A stretch of 64,000 bases of DNA from Eledone cirrhosa (Eukaryota), in contig OZ024740.1 of assembly GCA_964016885.1 (NCBI GenBank), forward strand, positions 195,548,001-195,612,000. Reading direction: 5' to 3'. A program made the translations under genes and the position numbers. Positions 53,801 to 64,000 of the stretch are shown one piece after another. The stretch's first letter is position 1, and each line of letters begins with the position of its first letter. A model generated the notes under the pieces. That model was not told the DNA's origin. It made no database searches and worked only from the letters and a program-made list of their open reading frames with translations.

Positions 53801-56800
53801 ACCACCACCACTACCACCAATACTAACAATACTAACAACAACCACCACCACTACCACCAATACTAACAGTACTAACAACAACCACCACCACTACCACCAA
53901 TACTAACAATACTAACAACAACCACCACCACTACCCACCAATACTAACAATTACTACAACAACCACCACCACTACCACCAATACTAACAGTACTAACAAC
54001 AACCACCACCACTACCACCAATACTAACAATACTAACAACAACCACCACCACTACCACCAATACTAACAGTACTAACAACAACCACCACCACTACCACCA
54101 ATACTAACATTCTAACAACAACCACCACCACTACCACCAATACTAACAGTACTAACAACAACACCACCTACCACCAATACTAACAATACTAACAACAACC
54201 ACCACCACTACCACCAATACTAACAGTACTAACAACCACCACCACTACCACCAATACTAACAATACTAACAACAACCACCACCACTACCACCAATACTAA
54301 CAATACTAACAACAACCACCACCACTACCACCAATACTAACAATACTAACAACAACCACCACCACTACCACCAATACTAACAATACTAACAACAACACCA
54401 CCACTACCACCAATACTAACAGTACTAACAACAACCACCACCACTACCACCAATACTAACAATACTAACAACAACCACCACCACTACCACCAATACTAAC
54501 AGTACTAACAAACCACCACCACTACCACCAATACTAACAATACTAACAACAACCACCACCACTACCACCAATACTAACAATACTAACAACAACCACCACC
54601 ACTACCACCAATACTAACAGTACTAACAACAACCACCACCACTACCACCAATACTAACAGTACTAACAACCACCACCACTACCCACCAATACTAACAATA
54701 CTAACAACAACCCACCACTACCACCAATACTAACAATACTAACAACCACCACCACTACCACCAATACTAACAATACTAACACAACCACCACCACTACCAC
54801 CAATACTAACAATACTAACAACACCACCACCACTACCACCAATACTAACAATACTAACAACAACCACCACCACTACCACCAATACTAACAATACTAACAA
54901 CAACCACCACCACTACCACCAATACTAACAATACTAACAACAACCACCACCACTACCACCAATACTAACAATACTAACAACAACCACCACCACTACCACC
55001 AATACTAACAATACTAACAAACCACCACCACTACCACCAATACTAACAATACTAACAACAACCACCACCTACCACCAATACTAACAATACTAACAACAAC
55101 CACCACCACTACCACCAATACTAACAGATACTAACAACAACCACCACCACTACCACCAATACTAACAATACTAACAACAACCACCACCACTACCACCAAT
55201 ACTAACAGTACTAACAACACCACCACCACTACCACCAATACTAACAATACTAACAACAACCACCACCACTACCACCAATACTAACAATACTAACAACAAC
55301 CACCACCACTACCACCAATACTAACAATACTAACAACAACCACCACCACTACCACCAATACTAACAATACTAACAACAACCACCACCACTACCACCAATA
55401 CTAACAGTACTAACAACCACCACCACCACTACCACCAATACTAACAATACTAACAACAACCACCACCACTACCACCAATACTAACAATACTAACAACAAC
55501 CACCACCACTACCACCAATACTAACAGTACTAACAACCACCACCACTACCACCAATACTAACAATACTAACAACAACCACCACCACTACCACCAATACTA
55601 ACAGTACTAACAACAACCACCACCACTACCACCAATACTAACAAGTACTACACAACACCACCACCACTACCACCAATACTAACAATACTAACAACAACCA
55701 CCACCACTACCACCAATACTAACAATACTAACAACAACCACCACCACTACCACCAATACTAACAGATACTAACAACCACCACCACTACCACCAATACTAA
55801 CAGTACTAACAACAACCACCACCACTACCACCAATACTAACAATACTAACAACAACCACCACCACTACCACCAATACTAACAATACTAACAACAACCACC
55901 ACCACTACCACCAATACTAACAATACTAACAACAACCACCACCACTACCACCAATACTAACAATACTAACAACAACCACCACCACTACCACCAATACTAA
56001 CATTACTAACAACCACCACCACTACCACCAATACTAACAATACTAACAACAACACACCACCACTACCACCAATACTAACAATACTAACAACAACCCCACC
56101 ACTACCACCAATACTAACATACTAACAACCACCACCACTACCACCCAATACTAACAATACTAACAACAACCACCACCACTACCACCAATACTAACAGTAC
56201 TAACAACCACCACCACTACCACCAATACTAACAATACTAACAACAACCACCACCACTACCACCAATACTAACAGTACTAACAAAACCACCACCACTACCA
56301 CCAATACTAACAATACTAACAACAACCACCACCACTACCACCAATACTAACAGTACTAACAACACACCACCACTACCACCAATACTAACAATACTAACAA
56401 CAACCACCACCACTACCACCAATACTAACAGTACTAACAACACCACCACCACTACCACCAATACTAACAGTACTAACAACAACCACCACCACTACCACCA
56501 TACTAACAATACAAACAACAACACCACCACTACCACCAATACTAACAATACTAACAACAACCACCACCACTACCACCAATACTAACAATACTAACAACAA
56601 CCACCACCACTACCACCAATACTAACAATACTAACAACAACAACCACCACTACCACCAATACTAAGCAATACTAACAACAACCACCACCACTACCACCAA
56701 TACTAACAATACTAACAACAACCACCACCACTACCACCAATACTAACAATACTAACAACAACCACCACCACTACCACCAATACTAACAATACAAACAACA

Positions 56801-59800
56801 ACCACCACCACTACCACCAATACTAACAGTACTAACAACACCACCACCACTACCACCAATACTAACAGTACTAACACCACCACTACCACCAATACTAACA
56901 ATACTAACAACAACCACCACCACTACCACCAATACTAACAGTACTAACACACAACACCACCACTACCACCAATACTAACAATACTAACAACAACCACCAC
57001 CACTACCACCAATACTAACAATACTAACAACAACCACCACCACTACCACCAATACTAACAATACTAACAACAACCACCACCACTACCACCAATACTAACA
57101 AGTACTAACAACAACCACCACCACTACCACCAATACTAACAATACTAACAACAACCACCACCACTACCACCAATACTAACAGTACTAACAACCACCACCA
57201 CTACCACCAATACTAACAATACTAACAACAACCACCACCACTACCACCAATACTAACAGTACTAACAACCACCACTACCACCAATACTAACAATACTAAC
57301 AACAACCACCACCACTACCACCAATACTAACAATACTAACAACCACCACCACTACCACCAATACTAACAATACTAACAACAACCACCACCACTACCACCA
57401 ATACTAACAATACTAACAACAACCACCACCACTACCACCAATACTAACAATACTAACAACAACCACCACCACTACCACCAATACTAACAATACTAACAAC
57501 AACCACCACCACTACCACCAATACTAACAATACTAACAACAACCACCACCACTACCACCAATACTAACAATACTAACAACCACCACCACTACCACCAATA
57601 CTAACAATACTAACAACACCACCACCACTACCACCAATACTAACAGTACTAACAACCACCACCACTACCACCAATACTAACAATACTAACAACAACCACC
57701 ACCACTACCACCAATACTAACAGTACTAACAACCACCACCACTACCACCAATACTAACAATACTAACAACAACCACCACCACTACCACCAATACTAACAA
57801 TACTAACAACAACCACCACCACTACCACCAATACTAACAGTACTAACAACCACCACCACTACCACCAATACTAACAATACTAACAACACCACCACCACTA
57901 CCACCAATACTAACAGTACTAACAACCACCACCACCACTACCACCAATACTAACAATACTAACAACAACCACCACCACTACCACCAATACTAACAATACT
58001 AACAACCACCACCACTACCACCAATACTAACAGTACTAACAAGAACCACCACACACTACCACCAATACTAACAATACTAACAACAACCACCACCACTACC
58101 ACCAATACTAACAGTACTAACAACAACCACCACCACTACCACCAATACTAACAATACTAACAACAACCACCACCACTACCACCAATACTAACAGTACTAA
58201 CAACAACACCACCACTACCACCAATACTAACAATACTAACAACAACCACCACCACTACCCACCAATACTAACAATACTAACAACACCACCACCACTACCA
58301 CCAATACTAACAATACTAACAACAACCACCACCACTACCACCAATACTAACAATACTAACAACCACCACCCTACCAATACTAACAGTACTAACAGAACCA
58401 CCACCACTACCACCAATACTAACAATACTAACAACAACCACCACCACTACCACCAATACTAACAGTACTAACAACAACCACCACCACTACCACCAATACT
58501 AACAATACTAACAACAACCACCACCACTACCACCAATACTAACAGTACTAACAACCACCACCACTACCACCAATACTAACAATACTAACAACAACCACCA
58601 CCACTACCACCAATACTAACGAATACTAACAACAACCACACACTACCACCAATACTAACAATACTAACAACAACCACCACCACTACCACCAATACTAACA
58701 AGTACTAACAACAACCACCACCACTACCACCAATACTAACAATACTAACAACAACCACCACCACTACCACCAATACTAACAATACTAACAACAACCACCA
58801 CCACTACCACCAATACTAACAATACTAACAACAACAACCACCACTACCACCAATACTAACAATACTAACAACAACCACCACCACTACCACCAATACTAAC
58901 AATACTAACAACAACCACCACTACCACCAATACTAACAGTACTAACAACAACCACCACCACTACCACCAATACTAACAATACTAACAACAACAACCACCA
59001 CTACCACCAATACTAACAATACTAACAACAACCACCACCACTACCACCAATACTAACAGTACTAACAACCACCACCACTACCACCAATACTAACAAGTAC
59101 TAACAACAACCACCACCACTACCACCAATACTAACAATACTAACAACAACCACCACCACTACCACCAATACTAACAATACTAACAACAACCACCACCACT
59201 ACCACCAATACTAACAATACTAACAACAACCACCACCCTACCACCAATACTACAATACTAACAACAACCACCACCACTACCACCAATACTAACAATACGA
59301 ACAACAACCACCACCACTACCACCAATACTAACAATACTAACAACAACCACCACCACTACCACCAATACTAACAGTACTAACAACACCACCACCACTACC
59401 ACCAATACTAACAATACTAACAACAACCACCACCACTACCACCAATACTAACAATACTAACAACAACCACCACCACTACCACCAATACTAACAATACTAA
59501 CAACAACCACCACCACTACCACCAATACTAACAATACTAACAACAACCACCACCACTACCACCAATACTAACAATACTAACAACAACCACCACCACTACC
59601 ACCAATACTAACAATACTAACAACAACCACCACCACTACCACCAATACTAACATTACTAACAACCACCACCACCACTACCACCAATACTAACAATACTAA
59701 CAACAACCACCACCACTACCACCAATACTAACAATACTAACAACAACCACCACCACTACCACCAATACTAACAATACTAACAACAACCACCACCACTACC

Positions 59801-62800
59801 ACCAATACTAACATACTAACAACCACCACCACTACCACCAATACTAACAATACTAACAACAACCACCACCACTACCACCAATACTAACAATACTAACAAC
59901 AACCACCACCACTACCACCAATACTAACAATACTAACAACAACACCACCACTACCACCAATACTAACAATACTAACACAACCACCACCACTACCACCAAT
60001 ACTAACAATACTAACAACAACCACACCACCACTACCACCAATACTAACAGTACTAACAACACCACCACCACTACCACCAATACTAACAATACTAACAACA
60101 ACCACCACCACTACCACCAATACTAACAGTACTAACAACCACCACCACTACCACCAATACTAACAATACTAACAACAACCACCACCACTACCACCAATAC
60201 TAACAGATACTAACAACCACCACCACCACTACCACCAATACTAACAATACTAACAACAACCACCACCACTACCACCAATACTAACAATACTAACAACAAC
60301 CACCACCACTACCACCAATACTAACATACTAACAACCCACCACCACTACCACCATACTAACAATACTAACAACAACCACCACCACTACCACCAATACTAA
60401 CAATACTAACAACCACCACCACCACTACCACCAATACTAACAATACTAACAACAACCACCACCACTACCACCAATACTAACAGTACTAACAACCACCACC
60501 ACTACCACCAATACTAACAATACTAACAACAACCCACCCACCACTTACCACCAATACTAACAATACTAACAACCACCACCACTACCACCAATACTAACAA
60601 TACTAACAACAACCACCACCACTACCACCAATACTAACATTACTAACAACCACCACCACCACTACCACCAATACTAACAATACTAACAACAACCACCACC
60701 ACTACCACCAATACTAACAATACTAACAACAACCACCACCACTACCACCAATACTAACAGTACTAACAACACCACCACCACTACCACCAATACTAACAAT
60801 ACTAACAACAACCACCACCACTACCACCAATACTAACAATACTAACAACAACCACCACCACTACCACCAATACTAACAGTACTAACAACCACCACCACTA
60901 CCACCAATACTAACAATACTAACAACAACCACCACCACTACCACCAATACTAACAGTACTAACAACAACCACCACCACTACCACCAATACTAACAATACT
61001 AACAACAACCACCACCACTACCACCAATACTAACAGTACTAACAACAACCACCACCACTACCACCAATACTAACAGTACTAACAACAACCACCACCACTA
61101 CCACCAATACTAACAAGTACTAACAACAACCACCACCACTACCACCAATACTAACAGTACTAACAACAACACCACCACTACCACCAATACTAACAATACT
61201 AACAACAACACCACCACTACCACCAATACTAACAATACTAACAACAACCACCACCACTACCACCAATACAACAATACTAACAACAACCACCACCACTACC
61301 ACCAATACTAACAGTACTAACAACCACCACCACTACCACCAATACTAACAGTACTAACAACAACCACCACCACTACCACCAATACTAACAATACTAACAA
61401 CACACCACCACTACCACCAATACTAACAATACTAACAACAACCACCACCACTACCACCAATACTAACAATACTAACAACAACCACCACCACTACCACCAA
61501 TACTAACAATACTAACAACCACCACCACTACCACCAATACTAACAATACTAACAACAACCACCACCACTACCACCAATACTAACAGTACTAACAACAACC
61601 ACCACCACTACCACCAATACTAACAATACTAACAACAACCACCACCACTACCACCAATACTAACAATACTAACAACAACCACCACTACACCAATACTAAC
61701 AGTACTAACAACCACCCCACTACCACCAATACTAACAATACTAACAACCACCACCACCACTACCACCAATACTAACAATACTAACAACAACCACCACCAC
61801 TACCACCAATACTAACAATACTAACAACAACCACCACCACTACCACCAATACTAACAGTACTAACAACCACCACCACTACCACCAATACTAACAATACTA
61901 ACAACAACCACCACCACTACCACCAATACTAACAATACTAACAACAACCACCACCACTACCACCAATACTAACAGTACTAACAACAACCACCACCACTAC
62001 CACCAATACTAACAAGTACTAACAACAACCACCACCACTACCACCAATACTAACAATACTAACAACAACCACCACCACTACCACCAATACTAACAAGTAC
62101 TAACAACCACCACCACTACCACCAATACTAACAGTACTAACAACAACCACCACCACTACCACCAATACTAACAGTACTAACAACCACCACCACTACCACC
62201 AATACTAACAGTACTAACAACCACCACCACCACTACCACCAATACTAACAATACTAACAACAACCACCACCACTACCACCAATACTAACAATACTAACAA
62301 CAACCACCACACTACCACCAATACTAACAATACTAACAACAACCACCACCACTACCACCAATACTAACAATACTAACAACAACCACCACCACTACCACCA
62401 ATACTAACAGTACTAACAACAACCACCACCACTACCACCAATACTAACAGTACTAACAACAACCACCACCACTACCACCAATACTAACAGTACTAACAAC
62501 AACCACCACCACTACCACCAATACTAACAAGTACTAACAACAACCACCACCACTACCACCAATACTAACAATACTAACACAACCACCACCACTACCACCA
62601 ATACTAACAATACTAACAACAACCACCACCACTACCACCAATACTAACAGTACTAACAACCACCACCACTACCACCAATACTAACAATACTAACAACAAC
62701 CACCACCACTACCACCAATACTAACAGTACTAACAACAACCACCACCACTACCACCAATACTAACAATACTAACAACAACCACCACCACTACCACCAATA

Positions 62801-64000
62801 CTAACAATACTAACAACCACCACCACACTACCACCAATACTAACAATACTAAACAACCACCACCACTACCACCAATACTAACAATACTAACAACAACCAC
62901 CACCACTACCACCAATACTAACAAGTACTAACAACAACCACCACCACTACCACCAATACTAACAGTACTAACAACAACCACCACCACTACCACCAATACT
63001 AACAGTACTAACAACCACCACCACTACCACCAATACTAACAGTACTAACAACAACCACCACCACTACCACCAATACTAACAGTATAACAACACCACACCA
63101 CTACACAATACTAACAGTACTAACCACCACCACTACCACCAATACTAACAATACTAACAACAACCACCACCACTACCACCAATACTAACAGTACTAACAA
63201 CAACCACCACCACTACCACCAATACTAACAGTACTAACAACCACCACCACTACCACCAATACTAACAATACTAACAACAACCACCACCACTACCACCAAT
63301 ACTAACAGTACTAACACAACCACCACCACTACCACCAATACTAACAGTACTAACAACAACCACCACCACTACCACCAATACTAACAGTACTAACAACCAC
63401 CACCACTACCACCAATACTAACAATACTAACAACAACCACCACCACTACCACCAATACTAACAGTACTAACAACCACCACCCACTACCACCAATACTAAC
63501 AATACTAACAACAACCACCACCACTACCACCAATACTAACAATACTAACAACCACCACCACTACCACCAATACTAACAGTACTAACAACAACCACCACCA
63601 CTACCACCAATACTAACATTACTAACAACAACCACCACTACCACCAATACTAACAGTACTAACAACAACCACCACCACTACCACCAATACTAACAGTACT
63701 AACAACAACCACCACCACTACCACCAATACTAACAATACTAACAACAACCACCACCACTACCACCAATACTAACAATACTAACAACAACACCACCACTAC
63801 CACCAATACTAACAATACTAACAACACCACCACCACTACCACCAATACTAACAGTACTAACAACCCACCACCACTACCACCAATACTAACAATACTAACA
63901 ACAACCACCACCACTACCACCAATACTAACAGTACTAACAACACCACCACTACCACCAATACTAACAGTACTAACAACCACACCCACTACCACCAATACT
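47830..64000. repeat. 40-bp minisatellite/satellite, consensus CACCAATACTAACA(A/G)TACTAACAACAACCACCACCACTAC (roughly 400 units), running off the window end
   Basis: Exact 40-nt period in 48001-48700. 37-nt variants and AGTACT variants are interspersed. Confidence 0.98.

Noticed and set aside
47830-64000. Telomeric or subtelomeric repeat
   Set aside because: No TTAGGG-type unit, and the C-rich strand runs toward the right end, opposite to telomere polarity.

Overview
Repeat-dominated eukaryotic (animal) DNA with no host protein-coding gene that I can support. The repeat families look like those of octopus/cephalopod genomes, but that is recall and inference, not a search result. 1-28.9 kb is a dense, nested cluster of RTE-clade non-LTR retrotransposons, mostly inserted in AT microsatellites. 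It contains one near-full-length copy (APE endonuclease + RT) and many 5'-truncated copies from at least 3-4 subfamilies, which I label A-D for this window only, plus tRNA-derived SINEs. 29-42 kb holds older debris: SINEs, a degenerate U6 snRNA copy, a Helitron helicase remnant, a pogo/Tigger deletion derivative, and mariner-like and TTAA (piggyBac-like) MITEs. 43.3-64 kb is two C/A-rich minisatellite arrays (33-bp and 40-bp units), with a TTAA MITE between them. The most notable signals are (i) a C4HC3 PHD-type finger inserted inside the RT of subfamilies A-D, and (ii) a tandemly repeated, covarying hairpin + H-type pseudoknot RNA module shared by LINE 3' UTRs and SINE bodies, combined with different 3' tails.
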